DNA of 64,000 bases from Spirochaetaceae bacterium (GCA_020353535.1 CP070696.1:1821989-1885988); one strand, 5' to 3'. Shown: positions 18,456 to 28,974, counted from the first letter of the stretch. Notes: generated by a model not told the origin, from the sequence alone. Program-made: numbers and translations.

Positions 18456-19349
18456 ATGAAAATCGTCTGCGCCTGGATGTACGCCATCGGACAATACGGT
18501 TTCCCGCCGGCAATCGAAAACGTGCTCAAAGCGATCCGGGAGATGAAGGATATGGGATTCGAGTATGTGGAAGCCGAGGGAATCGGGTATGAGAATCTCG
18601 ATCAGGTGATCGCTCAACGTGAACAGATCAAGGAGATCTATGACGGAGAAGGGCTGAAGCTGGCGAATTTCGCCGTGCTCCTTCCGGATGTCATCAGCAT
18701 GGATAAAACCGTACGGGAGAAGGCGTTCTCCTATTTTCAGCGAGGTGTGGAAACGGCAGCCTACCTGGGCAGTCCCTACACCTGGATCGACAGCTATTTC
18801 CCGCCTCTGGAGGTACAGAAAGGTATTGTTCCCACGGAAGAGCTGGTGTATGGTCAGGAGTTTCGGGTAAGGGTCCCCGAAACCTTCGAGTGGCAGCAAT
18901 TTTGGGATTCCTTCATTGATGCCATCGATCGCTGCAACCGAATCGCCCGGAAAAACGGAATCGGTTTGCTCGTGGAACCGCGGGTGGGGGAGGTGGTGGC
19001 CAACAGCGACGCCATGCTGAGGATGATCGAACAGATCAACGACGACAATCTCGGCGTGATTCTCGATATCGGTCATCAGTACGCTCAAAAAGAGCTTATC
19101 CCGCTGAGCATCGAGAAGCTTGGCCGTCATATGAAGTACGTGCACGTCGCCGACAACGACGGCAGGGAAAATAGGCATCTGGCGCCGGGGAGCGGCACGG
19201 TGGACTGGGATGAGATTTTCCGCCTGCTCAAACGAAGAAACTTCGACGGATACTTCTCAGTGGATCTGGAGCAGCTGCCGGACTTGAGGGAGAAGTTCCT
19301 GCAGACAAAACGCTTCCTCGAGGATTACGCCGGCAGATACCAGCTGTAG
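18456..19349 (+). CDS. Sugar phosphate isomerase/epimerase (xylose-isomerase-like TIM barrel)
   Basis: Metal-ligand pattern of the family: VEAEG, LLVEPR, ILDIGHQY, HVADNDG...HLAPGSGTVDW. Confidence 0.8.
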   Translation: MKIVCAWMYAIGQYGFPPAIENVLKAIREMKDMGFEYVEAEGIGYENLDQVIAQREQIKEIYDGEGLKLANFAVLLPDVISMDKTVREKAFSYFQRGVETAAYLGSPYTWIDSYFPPLEVQKGIVPTEELVYGQEFRVRVPETFEWQQFWDSFIDAIDRCNRIARKNGIGLLVEPRVGEVVANSDAMLRMIEQINDDNLGVILDIGHQYAQKELIPLSIEKLGRHMKYVHVADNDGRENRHLAPGSGTVDWDEIFRLLKRRNFDGYFSVDLEQLPDLREKFLQTKRFLEDYAGRYQL

Positions 19350-19517
19350 GCGAAACTGAGGTACGGACGCCCCGTATTGCAGCGGGCGGAAATCCTTCGC
19401 CGATCTCCCCGGATTTGCATTCCCCCGTGAAAATCTTTATTTTTTCAGTAAGCATTACGATGCTCAGGCAATCTGTATGGTAAACCCGGCAGTTGAGCCG
19501 AAGAAGGAGTACGACCG

Positions 19518-20345
19518 ATGCGGAAAAATACAGCCGTGCTGACAGTTACGGCACTGGGATTGCTGCTCTATTCCCGCACCCTGACAGCCGCTCCCAATGC
19601 CAACCTGTGGCCTAGATGGCAGACCCATGACCCTGCCGGTACCACCGCGGTAGATCATTCAGCCTGGGACCGTTTCTTAGATCGCTACCTGGTTGACGAT
19701 CACCCCTCCGGTATCAACCGAGTGCGATACGGTGAGGTGAGCGCGGCGGACAGACGGCTGCTGGAATCGTATCTGGACAGCCTGCAGGGAGTTCAGGTGT
19801 CCCGCCTGAACCGGGATGAGCAGAAGGCCTACTGGATCAACCTGTACAACGCGGCTACGGTCAAGGTCATACTGGATCACTACCCCGTATCCAGCATCAC
19901 CAAGATCGACCTCTCCTCCGGCCTGTTCAGCCGCGGTCCTTGGGATGCCGAAATCCTCACGATCGAGGGGGCGGAGGTCTCACTCAACGATGTGGAGCAC
20001 CGCATCCTCAGACCGATCTGGCAGGATCCACGGGTGCATTACGCGCTGAATTGTGCCAGTATCGGCTGTCCCAACCTACAGGATCGTGTCTACACCGCAG
20101 CCAACGTCGAGGAGCTTCTGGAGACCGGGGCGCGGGAATACATCAACCACCAGCGGGGCGTGTCCTTCCAAGGGAACAGGTTGGTAGTGTCCAGCATCTA
20201 CGATTGGTTTCAGGAGGATTTCGAAGGATCCGAGGAAGGGGTGCTGAGGCATCTGCGCCGCTACGCCGCCCCCGAGCTCGCCGGAAAGCTGGAGGATTAT
20301 TCCGGCCGCATCAGCTACCAGTACGACTGGAGCTTGAACGAGTAG
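19518..20345 (+). CDS. DUF547 domain-containing secreted protein
   Basis: Signal peptide followed by the DUF547 core (AYWINLYNAATVKVILDHYP...HYALNCASIGCPNL). Good RBS (GAAGGAG). Confidence 0.75.
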   Translation: MRKNTAVLTVTALGLLLYSRTLTAAPNANLWPRWQTHDPAGTTAVDHSAWDRFLDRYLVDDHPSGINRVRYGEVSAADRRLLESYLDSLQGVQVSRLNRDEQKAYWINLYNAATVKVILDHYPVSSITKIDLSSGLFSRGPWDAEILTIEGAEVSLNDVEHRILRPIWQDPRVHYALNCASIGCPNLQDRVYTAANVEELLETGAREYINHQRGVSFQGNRLVVSSIYDWFQEDFEGSEEGVLRHLRRYAAPELAGKLEDYSGRISYQYDWSLNE

Positions 20346-20357
20346 ATCGAGGGAGAA

Positions 20358-20783
20358 ATGAGGATGAGCAAGAAGCACAGCAAGCGACGGAGTGACCCTG
20401 AGTGGAAAGAGGCCCTGAGCCCCGAGCAGTACGAGGTGCTGCGCCGCAAAGGCACGGAGCGGGCATTTACCGGGAAATACCACAACAGCAAGGAGAAGGG
20501 CGTGTATCTCTGCGCCGGCTGCGGGAGTCCGCTGTTCGACTCGGAGACGAAGTTCGATTCCGGCACGGGCTGGCCCAGCTACTACCAGCCGATAACCGAG
20601 GGAGCGGTGGAAGCCGAAGAGGACAGGAGCTACGGCATGGTCCGCACCGAAGTGCTCTGCGCCCAATGCGGCGGCCACCTGGGTCATGTCTTTACCGATG
20701 GCCCAGAACCCACCGGCCTGCGCTACTGCATCAATTCGATCTCACTCGACTTCAAACCCCGCTTGGACGAGTCGGCAGAATGA
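20358..20783 (+). CDS. msrB: Peptide-methionine (R)-S-oxide reductase
   Basis: SelR signature: two CxxC zinc motifs ([21 protein letters not shown]), GWPSY and RYCINS (catalytic Cys, not Sec). Confidence 0.92.
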   Translation: MRMSKKHSKRRSDPEWKEALSPEQYEVLRRKGTERAFTGKYHNSKEKGVYLCAGCGSPLFDSETKFDSGTGWPSYYQPITEGAVEAEEDRSYGMVRTEVLCAQCGGHLGHVFTDGPEPTGLRYCINSISLDFKPRLDESAE

Positions 20784-20898
20784 CCCACTTTTGTTTATCG
20801 GGGGTGCGAAACCCTCAGGTAAACGGGAAAATCCGAAGTAAAACATCAAATTTTGCCATTAATCCGAGTGTTCGGGTAATCCGAATATTCCGGGTCTT

Positions 20899-20927
20899 TT
20901 GACACCATCTAAAATTAAGGCTACACT
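20899..20927 (+). promoter_or_regulatory. Sigma70-like promoter for the MNT-HEPN pair
   Basis: TTGACA (20899-20904), a 17-nt spacer, then TACACT (20922-20927). The ATG at 20936 lies only 8 nt after the -10 box, implying a leaderless or near-leaderless mRNA. Confidence 0.45.
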
Positions 20928-20935
20928 ACTCCTGT

Positions 20936-21286
20936 ATGCTTATGGTCACCGAAGAGCAGCTTCAAGGTATCGTTGGCAAAATACGCGATAGTTATCTCGT
21001 GAGAAAGATCCTGGTTTTCGGTTCCTACGCCAGGGGAGATGCCCACCAGTACAGCGATCTCAACCTCTGCGTTATTGTTGATCCGGGGGACAGCCACCCG
21101 CTCGAGGAATGGCCCTCGAAAAGCTGGCTGTACCGGGCAGCCAATCTGATACAGCATATCGCTTCTGAGGAGGTTGCTGTAGATCCATACGTATTCACGG
21201 AGGCGGAGTTCGATGCCCTGAGGGACAAGGAGCATCCTCTTGTAGAGCGGATACTCGAGGAGGGAAGGGTGGTGTATGAACAATAA
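20936..21286 (+). CDS. Minimal nucleotidyltransferase (MNT) antitoxin-type protein
   Basis: Pol-beta NTase motif GSYARGDAHQYSDLNL. 116 aa. Overlaps the downstream HEPN gene by 11 nt. Confidence 0.8.
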   Translation: MLMVTEEQLQGIVGKIRDSYLVRKILVFGSYARGDAHQYSDLNLCVIVDPGDSHPLEEWPSKSWLYRAANLIQHIASEEVAVDPYVFTEAEFDALRDKEHPLVERILEEGRVVYEQ

Positions 21287-21698
21287 CGAACGGGAGGCGC
21301 TGCGCTGGTATCTGCAGGGAGCCAAGGACAGCAAGACCGCTGAGAAAAACGCCCGGGCCGGGGATTTCGAGATCTCCTGCTTTCTCTTTCAACAGGCTGC
21401 GGAGAAAGTCCTCAAAGCCTATTTGATCCTGCGGGGCGAGCGGATCGTCAGCGGCCATTCCACCTACAAACTGGCTCGATCCTGCGAGCGCTACGATCAA
21501 GCCTATTCGACCCTCGGCAGACCCTGCGCAGAGCTCGACGTACTCTACCTTCCCACCCGCTATCCCTTCCCTCTTCCTGAAGGTTCTCCCTTCGAGTTTT
21601 TCACCCTGGAGCAGGCCCAGAAAGCCGCGGATGACTTCCAGGAGGTGTACCGTCTGGTGTATCAATCCTTCGAACACCTTGTCCAACATGTCGGGTAA
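21276..21698 (+). CDS. HEPN domain protein (toxin-type partner of MNT)
   Basis: All-helical 140-aa protein with an R-x4-H motif (ERIVSGH), coupled to the MNT gene. Confidence 0.75.
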   Translation: MNNNEREALRWYLQGAKDSKTAEKNARAGDFEISCFLFQQAAEKVLKAYLILRGERIVSGHSTYKLARSCERYDQAYSTLGRPCAELDVLYLPTRYPFPLPEGSPFEFFTLEQAQKAADDFQEVYRLVYQSFEHLVQHVG

Positions 21699-21705
21699 TC
21701 CCTAG

Positions 21706-22260
21706 ATGCAGATCTTAGGCGAGCGGGTGCTGCACGAGCAGACCTGGACCCTGTTGAAGGAGAAGAGTTATCGCGACACGGCGGGCAAACGGGGGCGCTG
21801 GACCTATATTGAACGCCGGGAGCAACGCGAAGCGGCTGTGATCGTAGCCACCACGGCGCAGAGCGGATCTCTCGTGCTTATCGAGCAGTTCAGAGTGCCC
21901 TTCGAAGCGGAAATCGTAGAGTTTCCCGCGGGCTTGATCGATCCGGGGGAAACACCGGAGCAGACGGCTCGACGGGAGCTGGCCGAAGAGACCGGCTACA
22001 CGGGGGAGGTGATCCACGTCGGACCGGGGGTCAGCACCACGGCAGGTCTTTCAACGGAAATCATTCACATGGTGTATATGCGGGTGGAGGAACGTCCAAC
22101 CGTTGCCCTCCGGCACGAGGGTTCGGAGCGGATTCGGGTATTTGCGGTTCGTCCGGAAGATTTTGGTAGCCGTCTCTCCGAATGGAAGAGGAGCGGCCGT
22201 ATCCTCGATGCCAAGCTCTATACCTACTTAAAAGACCACCTTGAAGGAGATCCACTATGA
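21706..22260 (+). CDS. Nudix hydrolase (ADP-ribose pyrophosphatase-like)
   Basis: Nudix box GLIDPGETPEQTARRELAEETGY. Confidence 0.85.
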   Translation: MQILGERVLHEQTWTLLKEKSYRDTAGKRGRWTYIERREQREAAVIVATTAQSGSLVLIEQFRVPFEAEIVEFPAGLIDPGETPEQTARRELAEETGYTGEVIHVGPGVSTTAGLSTEIIHMVYMRVEERPTVALRHEGSERIRVFAVRPEDFGSRLSEWKRSGRILDAKLYTYLKDHLEGDPL

Positions 22261-22511
22261 AACGAATCATTCTGCTGCTGATCGTTGTGGGAATCATCGG
22301 ACTGGCTGTGGGCTACCTGATCTTTGCGCGGACTTCGAGCGGCTACGTGAGCATCCAGGTATTGATCAGTCCTTCGAAAAATGTACTCGATGATCTGGTG
22401 AAATCGGTCACCGGCATCAAGAAGATACGCCAAAACATCCTCATTTGCGGGGCAGTGGGGGCCGGAGTCGGTCTTGTGCTGGGCCTGGTGACCTCCAAGG
22501 TACGCGGATAA
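22257..22511 (+). CDS. Small two-TM membrane protein, unknown function
   Basis: ATGA overlap with the Nudix gene. Hydrophobic segments lie at both ends. No recognisable family. Confidence 0.5.
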   Translation: MKRIILLLIVVGIIGLAVGYLIFARTSSGYVSIQVLISPSKNVLDDLVKSVTGIKKIRQNILICGAVGAGVGLVLGLVTSKVRG

Positions 22512-22534
22512 GGCGGGGATGGGGGAATATTCTT

Positions 22535-24094
22535 ATGGAGAACAATGACTGGATCAGAGCACTGGCCGAGAGCGACTTGAAAGAGGGAATACCTTCCTTA
22601 GTCGAGGTGGAGGATAAGAAGGTGCTTCTCCTTCGTGCGAAAGGGCGAATCTACGCCTGCGGGAACGAGTGCAGCCACTACCACGCTCCTTTGAGCGACG
22701 GGCTCGTGGTCGGGCACATTGTCACCTGTCCCTGGCACAACGCCCGCTTTGACATTCGAGACGGCCGTTTGCAGGCTTCGCCTGGCCTCAACGACCTTTC
22801 TGCCTTCGAAACCAAGGTGGAGGACGGGCAGATATGGCTCCGTCAGATCGGCAAAGGTACCATCCCGATGCCCGAGGGAGAAGACGACCGTACCTTTCTG
22901 ATTGTAGGAGCCGGAGCTGCGGGCAACGCAGCGGCGGAGACACTGCGCCGAGAAGGCTTTGCCGGCAGGATCGTGATGGTGACCGGGGAAGCCTACGGGC
23001 CGTATGACAGAACCATGCTTTCCAAGGATCTGCTGTCCGGTGAAGCCCCCGCCAAGTGGCTCCCTCTGCGGGGACAGAAGTTCTACGATCGACTGAATAT
23101 CGAGCTTCTGCTCGAGAAGCCGGTCACCGCCGTGGATCCCGCCGACCGCAGCGTGACCTTTGCCGACGGAGCATCGCTGAAAGCAGATAAGATCCTCCTG
23201 GCGACAGGCGGAAAGCCCCGCAGCTTCCCCGTACCCGGAGCGGAGCTGCAGGGCTGCTATCTGCTGCGCTCCAGGCATGACGCCGAAGCGATTTTAGCGG
23301 AGCTGGAGCAGGCCAAGACTGTGGTGATTGTTGGCGCGAGCTTTATAGGCCTGGAGGTTGCCAGCTCCCTGCGTGCCCGGGAGATCGAGGTCCACGTAGT
23401 CGCTCCGGAAAAAACTCCCCTGGCCGCCGTGTTCGGCGATCAGATAGGTGGTCGCATCAAAAAGACGCATGAGGAGAACGGCGTTGACTTCCATCTCGGA
23501 CAGACAGTGAAGGGGTTCGCAGGAGAAGAGCGGGTCAGCGAGGTGCTTCTGGCGGACGGCAGCCGCCTGAAGACGGATTGCGTAATTATTGGAGTGGGCA
23601 TCCGACCGGCCGTTGAGTTCCTGGAAAGCAGCGGTTTGGTGAAGGATGGTGCGGTGCCCGTGAACGAGCGACTGGAGACTTCCGCGGAGGGTGTCTTTGC
23701 CGCAGGGGATATCGCCCTGGTTTCGGGCGGGCGCAGCGGAGAGCCCCGCAGGGTCGAACACTGGGTGGAGGCGGGCCGACAGGGCATGCACGCGGCCCGC
23801 TGCATGCTCGGATCCAAGGAAAGCTACCGGGAGGTTCCCTTTTTCTGGAGCAAGCAGTACGGGAGTTCCCTGCGCTACATCGGCCATGCACCGAAGTACG
23901 ACCGGGTGGTTTTTCGCGGTAAGGTGACGGACAAATCCTTCCTGGCCGGATTCTACCTTGACAGTACCCTCAAAGCTGCAGCCACCATTGGCAGGAATCG
24001 GGAGCTGATTCGGCTGGGACAGCTGCTCCAGGCCGGAAAATCGGTGAGTCCCGATCAACTCCAGGATCCGGGATTCGACCTTCTGGCCCTGTAA
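22535..24094 (+). CDS. Rieske [2Fe-2S] domain fused to FAD-dependent pyridine nucleotide-disulfide (ferredoxin-reductase/AIF-like) oxidoreductase
   Basis: ATG at 22535 (MENNDWIRA). Rieske ligands CSHYHAPL...CPWHNARF. FLIVGAGAAGNAAA and VVIVGASFIGLE dinucleotide folds. FAAGDIA. Confidence 0.85.
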   Translation: MENNDWIRALAESDLKEGIPSLVEVEDKKVLLLRAKGRIYACGNECSHYHAPLSDGLVVGHIVTCPWHNARFDIRDGRLQASPGLNDLSAFETKVEDGQIWLRQIGKGTIPMPEGEDDRTFLIVGAGAAGNAAAETLRREGFAGRIVMVTGEAYGPYDRTMLSKDLLSGEAPAKWLPLRGQKFYDRLNIELLLEKPVTAVDPADRSVTFADGASLKADKILLATGGKPRSFPVPGAELQGCYLLRSRHDAEAILAELEQAKTVVIVGASFIGLEVASSLRAREIEVHVVAPEKTPLAAVFGDQIGGRIKKTHEENGVDFHLGQTVKGFAGEERVSEVLLADGSRLKTDCVIIGVGIRPAVEFLESSGLVKDGAVPVNERLETSAEGVFAAGDIALVSGGRSGEPRRVEHWVEAGRQGMHAARCMLGSKESYREVPFFWSKQYGSSLRYIGHAPKYDRVVFRGKVTDKSFLAGFYLDSTLKAAATIGRNRELIRLGQLLQAGKSVSPDQLQDPGFDLLAL

Positions 24095-24112
24095 TCCGAG
24101 GGTGCTTCAGGC

Positions 24113-25141
24113 GTGAAGGCGCTGGTAAAGCTGCGGGGTGAGCCCGGACTCTGGCTGGAGGACGTTCCCGAACCGGAGGTCGGGCCGACCGACGTGCTGA
24201 TCAAGATCCACAAGACGTCAATCTGCGGCACCGACCTCCACATCTACAACTGGGACGAGTGGTCTAGGAAGCATGTTCCGGTACCCATGGTCATCGGACA
24301 TGAGTTTGCCGGTACGGTCGAGGCTGTGGGTAGTCTAGTCAAGGATTTCTACCCCGGTGATGTCGTCAGCGGTGAGGGACATCTTGTCTGCGGCCACTGC
24401 CGCAACTGCCTGGCCGGCCGCAGGCACCTGTGCGCCAGCACCAGCGGCGTCGGTGTGGACCGGCCGGGGTGTTATGCCGAATATCTGTGCATGCCCCAGA
24501 CTAACGTCTGGCACGCCGATCCACACATCTCGATGGACGTGCTCTCCTGTTTCGATCCTCTGGGCAACGCCACCCACTCCGCCCTGTCCTTCGACCTTCT
24601 GGGGGAGGATGTGCTGATCACCGGTGCGGGCCCTATCGGCATGATGGCTGCGGGCATCGTCAGGCACGCCGGAGCACGCTACGTGACGGTGAGCGATCCC
24701 AATCCCTACCGCCTGGAGCTTGCCGGACGCATGGGGGCGACCAAATTGGTGAAGGTACCACAGCAGTCCATTGCGGCGACCCAGAAAGAGCTGGGCATGA
24801 AGGAGGGCTACGATGTGGGCTTGGAGATGTCCGGCTCCGCTGAAGCGTTCAATGAGATGCTGGCAAATATGTGCCACGGAGGCAAAATAGCTTTACTGGG
24901 AATCTTACCCCCGCATACGGCCGTGGATTGGGATTTGGTCGTATTCAACGGCCTGACCATCAAGGGAATCTACGGACGGGAGATGTACGAGACCTGGTAT
25001 AAAATGACCATGATGATACAAACCGGATTGGATATCAATCCGATTATCACCCACCGTTTTCACTACAGCGAGTACGAAAAGGGATTCGAGGTAATGCGTG
25101 CCGGGCAGTCAGGAAAGGTGGTGCTGGATTGGACGGAGTAA
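24113..25141 (+). CDS. tdh: L-threonine 3-dehydrogenase
   Basis: Zn-ADH with the Tdh-typical N-terminus ([21 protein letters not shown]), structural-Zn Cys cluster ([15 protein letters not shown]) and GAGPIG. GTG start. Confidence 0.9.
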   Translation: MKALVKLRGEPGLWLEDVPEPEVGPTDVLIKIHKTSICGTDLHIYNWDEWSRKHVPVPMVIGHEFAGTVEAVGSLVKDFYPGDVVSGEGHLVCGHCRNCLAGRRHLCASTSGVGVDRPGCYAEYLCMPQTNVWHADPHISMDVLSCFDPLGNATHSALSFDLLGEDVLITGAGPIGMMAAGIVRHAGARYVTVSDPNPYRLELAGRMGATKLVKVPQQSIAATQKELGMKEGYDVGLEMSGSAEAFNEMLANMCHGGKIALLGILPPHTAVDWDLVVFNGLTIKGIYGREMYETWYKMTMMIQTGLDINPIITHRFHYSEYEKGFEVMRAGQSGKVVLDWTE

Positions 25142-26739
25142 CAACGGAAGATCCCGGAAACCTGCGGCGTTATCTGCCCCATCTGGTGGTATTCATCTCC
25201 AGTATGGGCGTGATGATCATCGAGCTGGTCGCAAGCCGGCTCATCTCCAAGTACTTCGGCAGCTCTCTGTACACCTGGACGGGTATTATAGGCGTGGTCC
25301 TTGGAGGCATAAGCCTGGGTAACTTCATCGGCGGCAGGCTGGCTGACAGATTTTCACCGCGAAACATTATCGCCATTCTGCTTCTGATCGCCTCGTTTCT
25401 CACCTTTTTGGTGCTGGTGCTGGACCTGCTTCTCTTCCGTATCATGGACAGAGGGGCATTCACTCCGGCCACAGCAGGCATGGTGATCCGTTCCCTCCTA
25501 CTGGTCCTGATTCTGTTCTTTCTGCCTTCGACCGCTCTGGGAACGGTGTCCCCGGTTATGGCCAAGTATGCTCTGGAGGGCAGCTCGCGGGTTGGAAACA
25601 CCGTGGGCAGCATCTACGCGGTCTCTGCCATCGGCAGCATCGTGGGCACCTTCCTATCCGGCTATGTGCTCATTCCTCTGTTGGGCATCACCACAATCGT
25701 AATCGTAGTGGGTTCGCTGCTGGCTCTCCTGGCCCTGGTGATGGGCCGCCTGCGGGCGGTCAGCCTGAGCTGGATCCTCCTAATACTCGTGGGCCTGCTG
25801 TTGCACCTTCGCAGCGATCAGGTATTCGGTTCGACGAAAAATCTGCTGTATCCCGAAACCGAGGGCAGCACGGTGCTGCACCGCAGCGACTCCCGCTACT
25901 CCCACATCGAAGTGCGGGACCTGAATCGGGGGGGCAGGAGGGAGCGTATCCTCATCCAGGATGCTCTGATTCACAACCGCTATGATCCGGATGCTCCTGA
26001 TGAGCTCCTATACCTGTATGAACAGCTTTTCAGGGCCCTCACCTGGCGGCAGGCGGTCAAGCGGGCGGTTCCGGCTTCTTCCGCCGCTTTTCGTACCTTG
26101 ACTCTGGGTGCCGGAGGCTGCGTGTTCCCCCTCTTCTTGGAGCGCAACTACCCGAACAGTGAGAACCAGGTCGTAGAGATCGATCCGGCGGTCCTGAAGG
26201 TGGCGCGGGATTTCTTCGATCTCAGCGAAAATTCGTCGATCCTGCAGGTGGTGGCCGACGCCCGTAACTACGTGGCCTACCTCCAGGGCAAGGAGCGCTT
26301 CGAGATCATCTATCTCGATGCGTTTAACTCCTACTCCATCCCCTACCACCTCACCACGCTGGAGTTCACCCGACAGGTGGCAGCCCTTCTGGTTCCTGAT
26401 GGTCTGGTTATGGCCAACTGTATCGACATCTTCGATCACGGACGCTTCCTTAACGCCTACCTGAACACGATGGCTAGGGTCTTTCCCTATACTGCCGTGT
26501 ACGCCGATACGACCTATTCACCGCAGCGGCGGGCTACCTTTGTCATCGCCGCAGCTTTTCAGCCGATTGGAGAAGCTGGAGAGGAGCTGTACCTGGATAC
26601 GGGAAGGCGGATCGGCCGTCGGCTCTCCGACGATCAGCTCGTGGATTTGCGTCGGCGCAACGGAGATGGGATCCTGAGCGATAACTACGCCCCCGTTGAA
26701 AACCTCATCGCCCCGGTATTTCTCCGCAGTGTTGATTGA
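25129..26739 (+). CDS. Membrane-fused spermidine synthase-like (aminopropyltransferase-fold) protein
   Basis: About 7 N-terminal TM helices followed by a spermidine-synthase-like SAM fold ([28 protein letters not shown]). TTG start overlaps the end of tdh, and the start is uncertain. Confidence 0.75.
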   Translation: MDGVTTEDPGNLRRYLPHLVVFISSMGVMIIELVASRLISKYFGSSLYTWTGIIGVVLGGISLGNFIGGRLADRFSPRNIIAILLLIASFLTFLVLVLDLLLFRIMDRGAFTPATAGMVIRSLLLVLILFFLPSTALGTVSPVMAKYALEGSSRVGNTVGSIYAVSAIGSIVGTFLSGYVLIPLLGITTIVIVVGSLLALLALVMGRLRAVSLSWILLILVGLLLHLRSDQVFGSTKNLLYPETEGSTVLHRSDSRYSHIEVRDLNRGGRRERILIQDALIHNRYDPDAPDELLYLYEQLFRALTWRQAVKRAVPASSAAFRTLTLGAGGCVFPLFLERNYPNSENQVVEIDPAVLKVARDFFDLSENSSILQVVADARNYVAYLQGKERFEIIYLDAFNSYSIPYHLTTLEFTRQVAALLVPDGLVMANCIDIFDHGRFLNAYLNTMARVFPYTAVYADTTYSPQRRATFVIAAAFQPIGEAGEELYLDTGRRIGRRLSDDQLVDLRRRNGDGILSDNYAPVENLIAPVFLRSVD

Positions 26740-26760
26740 CAGTAGAGCGAAAGCAGGAAC

Positions 26761-27807
26761 TCAGCGTCCCCTGCGCACGAACTCCTGAAGTCGTTTGAGC
26801 TGATCCTCGTTTCCCAGAGCAATAAGAACGTCCCCTTCCCCAAGTTTCACCGCGGAGAGAGTTGAGGTAGTAGACGGATTGATGCGCACTCGCCCCTCCG
26901 GGGCGTTGATGCCCACGATGATTGCGCCGGTGTGCTGACCGATTCCCGCCTCCCGAAGGGTTTTTTCGATCAGCGGAGAGCCGGAATCCAGCCGTATTTC
27001 CTCGATCCGCATGTCCAACTCGCCCCCCTGTACGATCACGTCTAGAAAGTTTAGCAGATTTGGTCGCAGGACCATGGCGGCCATGCGTTGACCGGCTATC
27101 TTCTTCGGTGATATCACCCGGTTCGCACCGGCTTTGATCAGCTTGCGGATGCTCCGCTCCTCGGCGGCCTGGCTGACGATGAGCAGATGGGGATTGAGCT
27201 GCCGTGCGGTGAGCACCACAAAGACATTTGCCTCGTCATCGGGTAAAGAGGCGATCAATCCGGATGCACGCTGTACCCCCGCTTCCATCAGGACCTCGTC
27301 ATTGATCGCATCCCCCTCGACGAACGGGATTGACTCATCCCGCGATAGATCCGACTGGGTGGGATTTCGGTCAACGATAACAAATCGTTTCTTCGACTTT
27401 TTGAACTCGAAAGCCGCTTCCCGCCCCACATTGCCGCCGCCGACAATGATGAAGTGTTCCTTCAAATGGCGAATCGCTCGTTTCATTCTGCGCTCCCTCA
27501 TTACATTGAGGATTTGTCCCTCGAACACGTAGGTGATGAGCACGGTTACCGAGTAACCGACGGTTCCGATGCTTAGCACGAGAAAGATGATCGTGAAGTG
27601 CTGTCCCGCCGCAGAAAGGGGTCTCACCTCACCGAAGCCTACTGTGGTGATTGTGATGAATGTCATGTACAGGCTGTCACCGATGGACCAGCCTTCGATA
27701 AACGCGTAACCCAGCGTCCCGATCACGATCAGGAGGACCAGAAGAAAGAAGGCGGTCAGGAACCGCAGGAGGGTTGAGAACCTGCCCATCGAGGTGAAGT
27801 CTAGCAT
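26761..27807 (-). CDS. Two-TM K+ channel with RCK (TrkA-N/TrkA-C) domains
   Basis: Selectivity filter TTVGFGE. Rossmann IIVGGGNVGREAA. C-terminal TrkA-C-like beta domain. Confidence 0.85.
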   Translation of the reverse strand: MLDFTSMGRFSTLLRFLTAFFLLVLLIVIGTLGYAFIEGWSIGDSLYMTFITITTVGFGEVRPLSAAGQHFTIIFLVLSIGTVGYSVTVLITYVFEGQILNVMRERRMKRAIRHLKEHFIIVGGGNVGREAAFEFKKSKKRFVIVDRNPTQSDLSRDESIPFVEGDAINDEVLMEAGVQRASGLIASLPDDEANVFVVLTARQLNPHLLIVSQAAEERSIRKLIKAGANRVISPKKIAGQRMAAMVLRPNLLNFLDVIVQGGELDMRIEEIRLDSGSPLIEKTLREAGIGQHTGAIIVGINAPEGRVRINPSTTSTLSAVKLGEGDVLIALGNEDQLKRLQEFVRRGR

Positions 27808-27878
27808 ATCCCAATCTTCGATGGCAACGGGGTCAGTCGACTGGGGTTTGCCAACTTCCGGATCTTCTCCTATAGTGG

Positions 27879-28964
27879 GTGGATATGAATACCGTAGCCA
27901 TCGTTCGCGACCCGATTTATCTGAAGCACTCCAACGGCCCGATGCACCCGGAAGGACCCGAACGATTAGTGACGATCGATCGCATGCTGAGTGAGTTCCC
28001 GCTCAAAGCGCAACTCGGCGATGTTCCACCCCGAGATGCCACCTTCGAGGAGCTGGCCTGGATCCACGAGGAGGCATACATCCGGCGGATCGAAAGCACG
28101 AAGTACAGCCGCTTTACCGTCCTGGACCCGGACACCTCCGCCACCTCCGACTCCTACGCTGCAGCGATCCGTGCCGCAGGAGGTATGATGGAGGCGACCG
28201 AGGCCGTGTTGAGCGGGCGCTTTCCCGCGGCCTTTGCCTTTGTTCGTCCGCCGGGGCATCATGCCGAGGCGGGGCAGGCCAAGGGCTTCTGTCTGTTCAA
28301 CAACATAGCCATCGCAGCGGCCTACGCACTTCGCAGGCACGATCTGAAGCGCGTACTGATCGTTGATTGGGACGTGCACCACGGCAATGGGACCATGCAC
28401 TCCTTCTACGATACGAAAGAGGTGCTTTACTTCTCGGCCCACCAGTATCCCCATTATCCCGGCACGGGGAGAATCGACGAGATCGGCTGGAATCAGGGAC
28501 AGGGATACACGATAAACATCCCCCTGTACGGCGGACAGGGGGACCAGGATTACCTGTACATCTTTCGGGAGATCCTCGTGCCGGTTGCCAGGGAGTACGC
28601 CCCAGAGTTGATCCTGGTGTCAGCAGGATTCGACACCCACAGAAACGATCCCCTCGCCGGCATGGCCATGACGAGCGGCGCCTATGGCCGGCTGACCGGG
28701 ATTCTGCGGGAACTGACCGAGGAGTGCTGTCCGGGACGGCTCGCCCTCGCCCTGGAGGGGGGTTACGATCACAACGCCCTCACCGAAGGGGTGGCGGCGG
28801 TTCTGCGGAATCTGATCGATGACAGAACACGCGAACGGGACGACGTCGCCGGAGAGGAGACCACGACAGTTGCAGCTGACGGGGAAACGCGTCTGGTAGT
28901 GCAGGAGGTGCGGCGCCTGCTCTCTCCGTACTGGAAGAGTCTATCCATCGAGGCAGGCGCCTAG
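27879..28964 (+). CDS. Histone deacetylase-family amidohydrolase (acetoin utilisation / acetylpolyamine amidohydrolase-like)
   Basis: PPGHHA, DWDVHHGNGT, SAGFDTH and EGGY motifs. The start may be the ATG at 27885. Confidence 0.85.
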   Translation: MDMNTVAIVRDPIYLKHSNGPMHPEGPERLVTIDRMLSEFPLKAQLGDVPPRDATFEELAWIHEEAYIRRIESTKYSRFTVLDPDTSATSDSYAAAIRAAGGMMEATEAVLSGRFPAAFAFVRPPGHHAEAGQAKGFCLFNNIAIAAAYALRRHDLKRVLIVDWDVHHGNGTMHSFYDTKEVLYFSAHQYPHYPGTGRIDEIGWNQGQGYTINIPLYGGQGDQDYLYIFREILVPVAREYAPELILVSAGFDTHRNDPLAGMAMTSGAYGRLTGILRELTEECCPGRLALALEGGYDHNALTEGVAAVLRNLIDDRTRERDDVAGEETTTVAADGETRLVVQEVRRLLSPYWKSLSIEAGA

Positions 28965-28974
28965 CAGGTCTACT

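Noticed and set aside
22445-22534. Upstream extension of the Rieske-FAD reductase gene.
   Set aside because: The extension overlaps the small membrane protein gene and encodes R/G-rich filler. MENNDWIRA at 22535 starts just after that gene's stop.
25129-28964. Possible polyamine module: spermidine-synthase-like membrane protein plus HDAC-family (acetylpolyamine amidohydrolase-like) enzyme.
   Set aside because: The two genes are separated by an opposite-strand K+ channel gene and are not co-transcribed. The link rests only on broad family names.
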